Source: Candidatus Zipacnadia bacterium
Lineage (GTDB): Bacteria; Armatimonadota; Zipacnadia; Zipacnadales; Zipacnadaceae
NCBI GenBank assembly: GCA_029820565.1
Contig: JALGUR010000003.1
Coordinates: forward strand, 3,304 to 67,303
Direction of reading: 5' to 3'
Length of the DNA: 64,000 nucleotides
In this document: one piece after another, positions 1 through 9,055 of the stretch
How positions within the stretch are numbered: position 1 is the first letter of the stretch
Layout: each line of letters opens with the position of its first letter
The notes under the pieces: model-generated
What the model saw: the letters and a program-made list of their open reading frames with translations, nothing else
The model's database searches: none
Told to the model about the DNA's origin: nothing
Translations under genes and position numbers: made by a program

Positions 1-111
1 GTCCTCTTCCTTCAGGATTAGTACGCGTGGTGACAGAGCTACAGCCTCCGCCAGAATATCAGGCGGTATAGGAGTGGTTACCAGTATTCTTATGGGCTGC
101 TGGGGCGCCAT
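1..111 (-). CDS. Partial CDS running off the left edge; N-terminus resembles a D-isomer 2-hydroxyacid dehydrogenase
   Basis: ATG at 111 is preceded by the purine-rich GGAAGAAGGGGG. Translation is MAPQQPIRILVTTPIPPDILAEAVALSPRVLILKEED. The ORF continues past position 1 and was too short for the ORF track. The family call is weak. Confidence 0.3.
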   Translation of the reverse strand, partial: MAPQQPIRILVTTPIPPDILAEAVALSPRVLILKEED

Positions 112-202
112 CTTGGCCCGGGCCCCCTTCTTCCTGAGATAACCTCACGACCTTCCAGTAGAATTCGCCACTGAATCTGCCCAAAGCGACCGGATCCCGC
201 TT

Positions 203-1315
203 CTACCAATCTGCGACCGAGCCATCGTCCTCGTGGAACCACCTGGGCACTTCCCAGGATTCGCGGGGCCGGGCGCAAACTGCCTCATCGTCAAGATCCA
301 CGCCCAGCCCCGGCCGGTCGGGAATGTCAGCATAGCCGTCAGTCACAGTCAGTGGCTCCTTCAGATAGCCCTCCCCCAGGCTGACGAATTCCTGAATAAG
401 GAAGTTGGGCAGGCAAGCGTCTACCTGAAGCGCCGCCGCCGTGGCGACCGGGCCGTAGGGATTGTGAGGTGCGATGGCGACATAGTATGCCTCAGCCATC
501 GCTGCGATCTTTTTCAGTTCCATGATCCCGCCGCATATCACCACGTCGGGCTGCAGGATGGCGGCCGCCTGCTTCTCCAGTACTTCCCGAAAGCCAAACT
601 TAGTGAATAATCGCTCCCCAGTAGCAATAGGTGTCTTCAGAGTATGCGCAACGCGAGCCATGGCGTCAACGTTCTCCGGCAGGCAAGGCTCCTCCAGGAA
701 CATAGGTTGGTACTCCGCAAATGCTTCGCCCAGCAGAATCGCCATAGCAGGAGAAAGTCGTCCGTGCATGTCAATCAGGATATCAATCTGGTCGCCTACG
801 ATCTCTCGGACCACCCGCAGTTGCTCTGTAGCCTGCTTGCGCATCTGGGCAGTATCCACCGCTCTGGTGGCAGGCACAGGGCACCACTTCACGGCCGTGA
901 ACCCTCCCGCCACCGCCGAGGCAGCACTTTCGGCCAGCTTCTCCAGTGTATCGCCCCCGATGTGCTGATACATGCGAATTCGCTCGCGACACTTGCCCCC
1001 TAACAATTGATAAATGGGCACCCCCAGCGCTTTGCCCAGAATGTCCCACAGGGCAATTTCCACACCACTGATCGCGGCATTGAGAATCGGGCCGCCTCGC
1101 CAGAAGGCCCCCCGGTACATGGCCTGCCAATGATGTTCGATGCGAAAAGGATCTTGGCCCACCAAGTACGCAGCCAGTTCGTCCACGGCTGCGGCCACGG
1201 CTTTTGCCTTATCGCCCAAGCACTCTCCTAAACCAACCAGACCCTCGTCAGTGTGGACTCTCACAAACAGCCAGCGCGGGGCAACGTACAGGGTTTCCAA
1301 ATGGGTTATCTTCAA
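203..1315 (-). CDS. dgoD: D-galactonate dehydratase (enolase superfamily)
   Basis: 370-aa ORF. The N-terminus MKITHLETLYVAPRWLFVRVHTDEGLVGLGE and C-terminus WFHEDDGSVADW run parallel to E. coli DgoD ([31 protein letters not shown] ... HEDGSVAEW). The FLEEP metal-ligand region is present. Confidence 0.9.
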   Translation of the reverse strand: MKITHLETLYVAPRWLFVRVHTDEGLVGLGECLGDKAKAVAAAVDELAAYLVGQDPFRIEHHWQAMYRGAFWRGGPILNAAISGVEIALWDILGKALGVPIYQLLGGKCRERIRMYQHIGGDTLEKLAESAASAVAGGFTAVKWCPVPATRAVDTAQMRKQATEQLRVVREIVGDQIDILIDMHGRLSPAMAILLGEAFAEYQPMFLEEPCLPENVDAMARVAHTLKTPIATGERLFTKFGFREVLEKQAAAILQPDVVICGGIMELKKIAAMAEAYYVAIAPHNPYGPVATAAALQVDACLPNFLIQEFVSLGEGYLKEPLTVTDGYADIPDRPGLGVDLDDEAVCARPRESWEVPRWFHEDDGSVADW

Positions 1316-1445
1316 GGTAATTCAACTCCCTTCGGACGGGATATCCGACTGCGCTCCCCCCGAAGTGACTCAGACCGATATTTCCATGTAGGTTCTTACA
1401 CGGTCGGGCCCGCTGGCCTCACTCCTAACCGTTGCCGCTGCCGGT

Positions 1446-2327
1446 TCACGCCTCCGCACGGGCGACCCGGGCTATCTCGCGGATATGGGCCGGCGTGCTC
1501 CCACAGCAACCGCCTATCAGCCGTACCCCGGCACTGATAAATTCAGCCGCCAGTTGGCCCGACTGGCGCGGCGTGCCCTGGTAGACGGCCTGCCCGTTCA
1601 CTAACTCTGGCTGCCCGGCATTAGCCTGAGCCATCAGCGGCAAATCCACTGTGGCGCTCATCTGGCGGATGGCCGTGAGCAGGCCGTCAATGTGCCCACA
1701 GTTTGCCCCGATTATGTCCACTCCCTGGCTGGCCAGCTCCCGGCCCGCTGTTGCACCATCGGTGCCCATAGACGTGCGCCCATTAGCCATAGAAAACGAC
1801 ATAGTGACCGCGAGGGGAATGTCCACGCCGGTGGCCCGCACCCCCTCTATTGCGGCGGCCACTTCTTCCAGCGACTCAAAGGTCTCTAAGAGCACAAAAT
1901 CAACCGGCCCGGCCAGCATCACTTCAAACTGCTGGCGATAGATAGCCACAGCCTCCTCATAGGACATATCACCCAATGGCTCCAGCAGCCCACCAGTGGG
2001 GCCTGCGCCCGCGGCCACATACGCCTCCGGCCCTACCGCCTCGCGCAGTATTTCGATGGCGGCTACTTGTATCTGCGCCGCTCGCTCGGCCAATCCCGCC
2101 CGCCGCAGCATCCCCAGGTTAGCCGCAAAGGTATTGGTCTGAAAGACCTCGGCCCCCGCCTCTTGATAGCCACGGTGAATCTCAGCCACCACTTCCGGAT
2201 GCGTCAAGTTGACTTCACCGGTGTTGCGGTATTTGACGCCCTTGGCCGTGAGCATCGAGCCCATCGCCCCTTCACATACCACCACCCGCTCACCAAGTTC
2301 GGCCAGTAGTTGTTTTCCTCGCGTCAC
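1446..2327 (-). CDS. Homocysteine S-methyltransferase-domain protein (MetH N-terminal-module type)
   Basis: 293-aa ORF with the Hcy-binding-domain hallmarks GANCG and the C-terminal GGCCGSTPAHI zinc-ligand cysteines. Confidence 0.8.
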   Translation of the reverse strand: MTRGKQLLAELGERVVVCEGAMGSMLTAKGVKYRNTGEVNLTHPEVVAEIHRGYQEAGAEVFQTNTFAANLGMLRRAGLAERAAQIQVAAIEILREAVGPEAYVAAGAGPTGGLLEPLGDMSYEEAVAIYRQQFEVMLAGPVDFVLLETFESLEEVAAAIEGVRATGVDIPLAVTMSFSMANGRTSMGTDGATAGRELASQGVDIIGANCGHIDGLLTAIRQMSATVDLPLMAQANAGQPELVNGQAVYQGTPRQSGQLAAEFISAGVRLIGGCCGSTPAHIREIARVARAEA

Positions 2328-2331
2328 AATG

Positions 2332-2562
2332 TCAGGTCCTTTCGTCTCGCTGTCTTATTCTACCTTCGCCGCTGGCCTCCGTAAGCAGATCGTTAGACTC
2401 TGCTGGGCGCTCTTGCATTCGCCGGTAGGCCCGGCACGCCGGGCACCTTCCTTCCACTTTAGCCATCTGCCGCGCAAACCACGACTGCGGCCAGCGGCGT
2501 CGGGCTATACACAGCGGACAGATACGGCAAATAAAGGCCAATACCTTGGTGCTAATATCCAT
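2332..2562 (-). CDS. Small Cys-rich hypothetical protein
   Basis: 76-aa ORF that ends 4 nt upstream of the Hcy-methyltransferase start. It has CRICPLC and CPAC motifs. No family recognised. Confidence 0.35.
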   Translation of the reverse strand: MDISTKVLAFICRICPLCIARRRWPQSWFARQMAKVEGRCPACRAYRRMQERPAESNDLLTEASGEGRIRQRDERT

Positions 2563-2775
2563 GTAGTGTCACTTCCTGGTCAGTTCAATTGGCCAATTGC
2601 TCAACTGCCTCTCTGCTATTTCTCCGGATCCAAGCCGATTCCTTTGTGTGCCGTACCCCAATGCCACAGACTACTTGACTTTTTCGCCAGAAGTTGTTAC
2701 CGTACTACACAATTGTCGATTTTATCAGTACTAACCACTAAAGGTCATCCTCATAAAGGTGGTCAGTGAAGGTCT

Positions 2776-4926
2776 GTGGCAGCACCAGCCCGGCGACTTG
2801 AAGCCCGCGACTATGTACGCATAATCCACAAGCGTAAATGGTTCATCGTGGCCATTGCAGCTGTGGCTATGCTGATCGGCGGAATATACGCGGCCTCCTA
2901 TCCTACCAGGTATAGCGCCGCGGCCACAGTCTGGGTCCGCCGCCAGAGCCCTCAATTCTTCTGGACAACTGGCCAACAGACTCCCAGCCGCGAACAAGCA
3001 TCATTAGAGACCCAGGCCGCCCTGGCCGCAAGTACCGAAAATGCCAGGAAAACCGCCGACCGGCTGGCCGCGCGAACTGCCGGAGGGTCCATTATTGTCC
3101 AGCCCACCGAGATTGTGGATAGCATCTCCGTTAAGGTTCAGCCCCCGGACCGTATACGTATTGAGGCACTAAATGCCCGCGAACACCATGCTGTTGCCTT
3201 TGCTAATGAAACCGCCCAGACTTTCGTAGAGACCAGCGCTGACCTGCGGCGAGCCGAGGACCGCGCCGCAGTAGAATTCCTCGAGGATCAACTGGAGATA
3301 GCCCGCAAAGACCTCGGTGACGCCCTGGACGAAAAGCAGCAACTCCAAAAGAAGTGGGGTGTTACTACTTCTGACGCCAGTGCGCACTTAGTAGCATCTG
3401 TCGATCAGTATAAGGCGGCCCTGTCTACTACTAAGGCTGACTTAGCCGCCACTAACGCCCGGATCGCCGCATTGAACAAGGAGTACGCGGATAGGGAAAA
3501 TCCCGAAACCCAGCAACTGCCCACCATCAATCCAGTGCGCGTCGGCCTCCAGCAGGAATTAGTGACCACCCGCCTGGCTCTGGTAAAATTGCAGGCCCGC
3601 TATACCGCTGACCATCCAGCAGTTCAGCAGTTGCAGACTCAAGTTGACGAATTGAACGCCCAAATCCAGCAGGAGCCGGCGACCATCTCAGCCCCAACGG
3701 GTGTGGCGAGGCTTGGTCAGATTAGAGCCGAGTTAGCTAACACCCAGGTTCAGGCGGCTGATTTGCGCGGACGCATCTCGGTACTACAAGATCTTATTGA
3801 TACTACCCAGGATGAGTCACTGGATCTTATTGGCAAAGAGAGTGAACTGGCCCAACTGGAGGATAAGGCTGCTTTGACCCGTTCCACGTTTGAAGGCCTC
3901 CTGCAAGAGTTGCGCGATAACAAACTCAAAGAGGCCGCCAAAGGAGGCACGGCCCAGATTCTCGATCAGGCCATTAGGGCCCGCGCCATGAAGCCCAGTG
4001 TTCCTCGGGCCCTGATATTCTCTGCGCTGTTGGGCTTGTTTGCGGGAATAATGTTGGCGTTGCTTCTGGAGGCACTGGACGACACTCTGCGCACTCCCGA
4101 GGACATCCAGCGCGACACTCAGGTAGCCTTCCTGGGGATGGTGCCCTGGACTGACTCGGATACTAACGGATTGGTCACCCTTACCACCCCAAAAAGTCCG
4201 CCCGCCGAGGCCTTTCGCACCCTGCGTTCTAATATCAACTTTGCCCTGGTTGACCAGCCCGCTAAGAGTTTCCTGATTACCAGCGCCGGCGCCGGCGAAG
4301 GTAAATCCCTGACTGCCGCCAACCTCGCTGTGGTGTTTGCCCAGGCCGGCCAATCCGTAATTCTGGTGGATAGTGACCTGCGCCGACCCCTCTTGCACCG
4401 CCTGTTTGACTGTGACTCTTCCCGGGGCCTGACCAGTATTCTGGTGGGCGAGTTGGCCCTCCCCGACGCCTTACAACAAACTCGTGTGGACAACCTCAGG
4501 CTGCTCACCAGCGGGCCCCTGCCTCCTAACCCCGCCGAACTACTGGATTCGGCGGCCATGGCGACCTTTATTGATGAAGTCACCCACCACGCTGATATCG
4601 TCTTATACGACTCCCCACCTGCCGTTATGCTAACTGATGCCATCCTTCTTTCCTCTAAGCTCGAGCGCGCCATACTCATCGCCGAGTCTGGTCAAGTCAC
4701 CCAGCGGGCTTTCAACGAGATGGTGCGCCTCATTACCCACGCCCGGGGTAACATCTTGGGCGCGATACTTAATAAGGTCAAAGTGACGGCGGGCGACTAT
4801 TATTACTACTACTATTATTACTATTATTATGGCTACGGCCGCGATAAAGGCGAAGAGCAGCGCCCGTCGGTACAGTCACCGATACGCTCCTTACCAACCG
4901 ACGATTCCGATAGCCAGAATCCTTAG
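2776..4926 (+). CDS. Polysaccharide co-polymerase / bacterial tyrosine autokinase (Wzc/EpsB-like)
   Basis: 716-aa ORF with a GTG start. It has an N-terminal TM segment, a long coiled-coil periplasmic region and a second TM segment. The CpsD/CapB-type P-loop is ITSAGAGEGKS followed by VILVDSDLRRP. The C-terminal tyrosine cluster is GDYYYYYYYYYYYGYG. Confidence 0.85.
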   Translation: MAAPARRLEARDYVRIIHKRKWFIVAIAAVAMLIGGIYAASYPTRYSAAATVWVRRQSPQFFWTTGQQTPSREQASLETQAALAASTENARKTADRLAARTAGGSIIVQPTEIVDSISVKVQPPDRIRIEALNAREHHAVAFANETAQTFVETSADLRRAEDRAAVEFLEDQLEIARKDLGDALDEKQQLQKKWGVTTSDASAHLVASVDQYKAALSTTKADLAATNARIAALNKEYADRENPETQQLPTINPVRVGLQQELVTTRLALVKLQARYTADHPAVQQLQTQVDELNAQIQQEPATISAPTGVARLGQIRAELANTQVQAADLRGRISVLQDLIDTTQDESLDLIGKESELAQLEDKAALTRSTFEGLLQELRDNKLKEAAKGGTAQILDQAIRARAMKPSVPRALIFSALLGLFAGIMLALLLEALDDTLRTPEDIQRDTQVAFLGMVPWTDSDTNGLVTLTTPKSPPAEAFRTLRSNINFALVDQPAKSFLITSAGAGEGKSLTAANLAVVFAQAGQSVILVDSDLRRPLLHRLFDCDSSRGLTSILVGELALPDALQQTRVDNLRLLTSGPLPPNPAELLDSAAMATFIDEVTHHADIVLYDSPPAVMLTDAILLSSKLERAILIAESGQVTQRAFNEMVRLITHARGNILGAILNKVKVTAGDYYYYYYYYYYYGYGRDKGEEQRPSVQSPIRSLPTDDSDSQNP

Positions 4927-5010
4927 CCTAACTGGCCGCATCAACCCCAACTCGCGGCACCAATTATTCTTTGCCACGCAAGCCTGTGCCTATTGGGAGG
5001 TAGCCTTGCT

Positions 5011-7251
5011 ATGCATAGTAGATGGTTGTACCTATTCCTCTCCTTGCTAATCTCCGCTGTAGTCATCGGCTGCAAAGACAGGCCCAAGACTACCACCCGG
5101 CCACTCGCGCCTATCTCGGCGCCACAGCCCGACGGGCCGCAGCAGCCGGAGGTGGAAATACCTGAGCCGTACCAGGTCAACATCAGCGCCGCCGTAGAGC
5201 CCTACGAGATCCCCCGCGATCTCTCCTCAGTCACTAACCTCTACAGCATTGAGGACCTCGCCAACCGCCACAAGCGTCAACTCGCAAAAAATGGCTTTGT
5301 AGTCATCCCTGATACTAAAGAGCAAATCTTTATGCTCTATGAAGAGTATGCCTGGGACGAGGATACCCCGGCTACTCCCAATTTTGTAACCGTGGATTCG
5401 GTGCTGCATCTGTACCATGTCTTCTTTGATTATAGTCTGCGCACAGTAGAGCAAACCCAACTCAACCCGGCGGCTATCCAACTAACCGACTTATGTCTGG
5501 CCGCGGCCCACGACCAGTATCAGGCGGCTCCCCAAGGTCTTAAAGATGCCGCCCTGCGCAATCTGGCTTACTTTGGCGTAGCCCAGAGCCTCCTGGCTGG
5601 CTCCTGGAAGCCTCCCCCCGACCTGCCCACGGAGGCTGCCTCGCTCGTGGCCGAGGAACTGCCCAAGATACAGGCTCATGCCCAGCGCTTGCCCTCCCCG
5701 GTTATGGAGCGCACCATTCATTACACCCAGTTCAATCCCCGCGGCCACTACACCCGCACCGAAGCCCTGCAAACGTACTTCCGCGGCCTTATGTGGTACG
5801 GCCTGGTCGGCTTTGAACTGGACAAGCCCCCGGACAAACCTGACCTCATCCGCCGCCATCAGCAGCAGGCCCTGCTAATAACTAAACTCATTGCTGACAG
5901 CCCCGAAATCCAAGACCTATGGGCTACTATGTATGAGCCGACCAAGTTCTTCGTCGGCGGTGCCGATGACCTGACCTATGATCAGTATCTGCCCCTGGCC
6001 AACCAGGTCTTCGGTCAGGGCTTTGCCCTCGAAAATCTTGCCGACGTCTCACAGGTTGACGAATTCATCACTCAGGCCCGGGCCACTCTACCTGAGCCCC
6101 AGATAGCCCCCGCTTTTCTGGAGGCAGATGCCAGTGGCAATCTCCCCCCTATAGCCGCTACACCCCAGGGTCGCCAGTTCCGCTTTATGGGCCAGCGATT
6201 CATTCCCGACTCCTATGCCCTCCAGCAATTGGTTTATCCGCTGGTGGGCCCCAGAGAGGGAATGAGCCCCAATGAGACCGCCGCCTGGCGTCATATGCCC
6301 AAAGGGCTGGACGTGATGGCCGCCCTGGGTTCGGAGCGTGCCCGCACCATTATGCTGGATGTCTATAACGCAGGCCAATATGCCCATTACGAAAGCCAGT
6401 TGGACGAACTTGTTGAGGAGTTTGCCGGCACGCCGCTTAGCCAGTGGATTTCCAATATGTATTGGGGCTGGCTCCACAGTTTCCGGCCACTGTTAGAAGA
6501 GAGGGGCGAAGGCTATCCAACTTTTATGCGCAACCAGGCCTGGGTGGACAAGGAACTCAACACTGCCCTGGGCAGTTGGGCCGAATTGCGCCACGATACC
6601 ATCCTGTACGGCAAGCAATCCGGGGCCGAGATGGGCGGCGCGCCGTGGATAGCAGTCAAGGGCTACGTGGAGCCGTATCCCGAAGTCTACGCCCGCCTGG
6701 CCTATCTAACCTACCTCTCCCGCACCGGCCTGCAGCAGCGAGGCATTCTTCCTGAGAAACTGGCCGACAAATACGAAGACCTGGAGGACTTGCTGTTGTT
6801 CCTCAAGAGCTGCTCGGAGAAGTTACTGACCAACCAGGCACTCAGCGATGAAGAATACGAACGCATTCAGGCCTACGGCGGCGAACTGGAGCGGTTGATG
6901 CTATCGGTGGTGGAAAGCACCGGCGAGTATGGCGCCACGAGGTGGTTCGAAATCACCAACGAAGCCGATCGGTATATGGCCTGCATTGCTGATATCCACA
7001 CCAGTTTTCATGAAGTCCTGGAAGAAGCGGTCGGCTATGCCTATCCGATATATGTGGTAGTCCCGAATCCGCAGGTAGCGCGGGGTGGAGTGTTCTCTTA
7101 CTACGAATTTGAGTGGCCGGCCGCCGACCGCCTCACCGACGAGAAATGGATTGAGATGCTCAACACTGGCGAGGAACCTGACCGCCCTGAGTGGACCAGC
7201 AGTTTCATTCTCCCTGGCCCGCCCGGCTGGTCGCTGCCGGATACCTGGTAG
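5011..7251 (+). CDS. DUF3160-family lipoprotein
   Basis: The ORF track starts at a TTG at 4993, but the ATG at 5011 follows GGGAGG at the correct spacing. The signal peptide ends with the lipobox VVIGC. FVVIPDTKEQIFMLYEEY and NFVTVDSVLHLYHVFFDYSLR match my recollection of DUF3160 proteins. Confidence 0.65.
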   Translation: MHSRWLYLFLSLLISAVVIGCKDRPKTTTRPLAPISAPQPDGPQQPEVEIPEPYQVNISAAVEPYEIPRDLSSVTNLYSIEDLANRHKRQLAKNGFVVIPDTKEQIFMLYEEYAWDEDTPATPNFVTVDSVLHLYHVFFDYSLRTVEQTQLNPAAIQLTDLCLAAAHDQYQAAPQGLKDAALRNLAYFGVAQSLLAGSWKPPPDLPTEAASLVAEELPKIQAHAQRLPSPVMERTIHYTQFNPRGHYTRTEALQTYFRGLMWYGLVGFELDKPPDKPDLIRRHQQQALLITKLIADSPEIQDLWATMYEPTKFFVGGADDLTYDQYLPLANQVFGQGFALENLADVSQVDEFITQARATLPEPQIAPAFLEADASGNLPPIAATPQGRQFRFMGQRFIPDSYALQQLVYPLVGPREGMSPNETAAWRHMPKGLDVMAALGSERARTIMLDVYNAGQYAHYESQLDELVEEFAGTPLSQWISNMYWGWLHSFRPLLEERGEGYPTFMRNQAWVDKELNTALGSWAELRHDTILYGKQSGAEMGGAPWIAVKGYVEPYPEVYARLAYLTYLSRTGLQQRGILPEKLADKYEDLEDLLLFLKSCSEKLLTNQALSDEEYERIQAYGGELERLMLSVVESTGEYGATRWFEITNEADRYMACIADIHTSFHEVLEEAVGYAYPIYVVVPNPQVARGGVFSYYEFEWPAADRLTDEKWIEMLNTGEEPDRPEWTSSFILPGPPGWSLPDTW

Positions 7252-7336
7252 AATTGAGGCCCCGGGACGCTAATTGCCTTCGTAGGGTAGGACCTGCTTG
7301 TGCACATTCGCCCCGACATTGGGGCCGGCTGCGACC

Positions 7337-8593
7337 TTAGGGGACCTGCTGTACCCGCAGTTGGCCCTGTGCCGTCAGACAGACAATATATCCGGGCCTC
7401 TGGCCATCGCCCAATACCACCACCCAAGCCATACCAACCTCCTCCAGCACACGCTCTCTGGGAACCAGTTGGTCCTCACCATGCCCGGTTCCCGACCAGA
7501 CCAAACTATATACACTGAGCGAGTTATCCGATTTGATCAGCAGCACTTCCCGGTCGCCTCTCAACTTAGTAGTACCGATTTCTGGCGGCGCTCTATAGCA
7601 CGCTGGGGTGGCCGCCCATCCTTCAACCCCCGAGCCGCGCCACTTATACAATTGCACTAAGAATTCACCAGACACTGCCAACTCCACTGCCGCTAACTCA
7701 CTTTCACCGTCGCCGTCACAATCCACAAATGTCGCATCAACAAAGGGCCGCGAAAGACTGGTGCCCAGCCATATCGGCCGCAGTCGCGGCGGACCATTGC
7801 CAATAACCTCAAATACCTGGGGGCGCCGGTGGCATTGTGGATCAAAATAGGTGGGCATAGCCGCACCTATGAACACCACCGGGCAATTGCGCAGCCGACC
7901 CGGCCTTATCACCCACGGATTCCATGCAGCCTGATATGCGGTTTTGTAGAACCGGATGCGGTCCGCCGTTAGCCGGCCCAGGAAGATGCTCGCGCCCTGC
8001 AGTTGTCCATTCTCATAGTAACCCCCCGCCAGCAGACCCACTATCGGCCCTGAATTGGTCTCCGGCGCCGCCACTACTATCGCCTGCCGCACCTGTGCTG
8101 GGCAAGTACCAATCTTCTCGCCGCCTAACTCGCCATCAGCAACAACCACCCGCCAGACTTCTTCGCCCCTAAACACTACTAAGTAGTCTGCAACAGACAG
8201 GATGGCATCGGGCGGCCCGGGCAACGAATCATTTAGCCAGCAGGGAAGATAATGCGGGGAAACAGCGCCATCAGCAGACCGCTCTAATATTGCTGCCACC
8301 CAGCCACTATGGTAGCCGAGTGCGAACTTGGGAATAGTAGGGGCGGTCGTTACTGCCAAGAGGACCTGGGGAGTAGCAGTATTATGTCCTCGGCAACCAC
8401 CAAAGGCCACCACAGCCACCATTACTACGCCACTCAGTCCCCACCATACTAACCCGGTGATGAATCTTCTTGCTTCGTCGCAGAACCTGCCTTCGCCTGG
8501 ACCGGCTTTCCGCCTACCCCTATCCATAGTTGCACTGCTGCTATTGCGTGCTCTACTGATCGGTTCGCGTCTGCCCATCTTTGTCCCAGCCAC
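7337..8593 (-). CDS. Hypothetical membrane-anchored or lipoprotein with an FG-GAP/VCBS-like DxDGDG motif
   Basis: 418-aa ORF with a hydrophobic segment FITGLVWWGLSGVVMVAVVAFGGC and the motif VDCDGDGESELAAVE. The 5' 145 nt overlap the upstream ftsB-like ORF, so the true start may be as far downstream as the ATG at 8422. Confidence 0.5.
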   Translation of the reverse strand: MAGTKMGRREPISRARNSSSATMDRGRRKAGPGEGRFCDEARRFITGLVWWGLSGVVMVAVVAFGGCRGHNTATPQVLLAVTTAPTIPKFALGYHSGWVAAILERSADGAVSPHYLPCWLNDSLPGPPDAILSVADYLVVFRGEEVWRVVVADGELGGEKIGTCPAQVRQAIVVAAPETNSGPIVGLLAGGYYENGQLQGASIFLGRLTADRIRFYKTAYQAAWNPWVIRPGRLRNCPVVFIGAAMPTYFDPQCHRRPQVFEVIGNGPPRLRPIWLGTSLSRPFVDATFVDCDGDGESELAAVELAVSGEFLVQLYKWRGSGVEGWAATPACYRAPPEIGTTKLRGDREVLLIKSDNSLSVYSLVWSGTGHGEDQLVPRERVLEEVGMAWVVVLGDGQRPGYIVCLTAQGQLRVQQVP

Positions 8594-8967
8594 CTGTGCA
8601 GCCGCTGGGGTAGACTTGGGGGGGGTGGTTGGGGCCGGTCCTGCTGACTCCGGATCACTAACACCCGCTCCCCGGGCTGCAAAGCGCCCAACTCACTGCG
8701 GGCGGCCAACTCGCGACCTTCGTCAGTCTTCAGGTACGCGGCACTACCGGCCAAACTTGCATTGTCTGCGCCAAGTTGGTTATGCGCATCGCGCAGATAC
8801 AACAACTCATTGGCCAGATACAACCCGCGTATCACGGGCATAAATATCTGCCCGTGCGTCGCCAGCGCTAAGGCGACCACGGCCACCAGCACCATTAACT
8901 TGCCCGTAGGGCGCCACCCCTTCGCCTCCGACTCCCCCCGATGCTGCTGCCCACGCTCTGGGCGCAT
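8449..8967 (-). CDS. Septum formation initiator (FtsB/DivIC family)
   Basis: 172-aa ORF with a single N-terminal TM segment (LMVLVAVVALALA). A coiled-coil follows (LYLANELLYLRDAHNQLGADNASL), then AARSELGALQPGERVLVI, which is typical of DivIC/FtsB. The C-terminal tail is low-complexity. Confidence 0.6.
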   Translation of the reverse strand: MRPERGQQHRGESEAKGWRPTGKLMVLVAVVALALATHGQIFMPVIRGLYLANELLYLRDAHNQLGADNASLAGSAAYLKTDEGRELAARSELGALQPGERVLVIRSQQDRPQPPPPSLPQRLHRWLGQRWADANRSVEHAIAAVQLWIGVGGKPVQAKAGSATKQEDSSPG

Positions 8968-9055
8968 AACTGTCCTCCCTTGCTGCGATGTCTGCTATAA
9001 CACTTGCTGCGGCCAACCACTCTCATCACTATACTACCGCTTCCGCACCGATATG

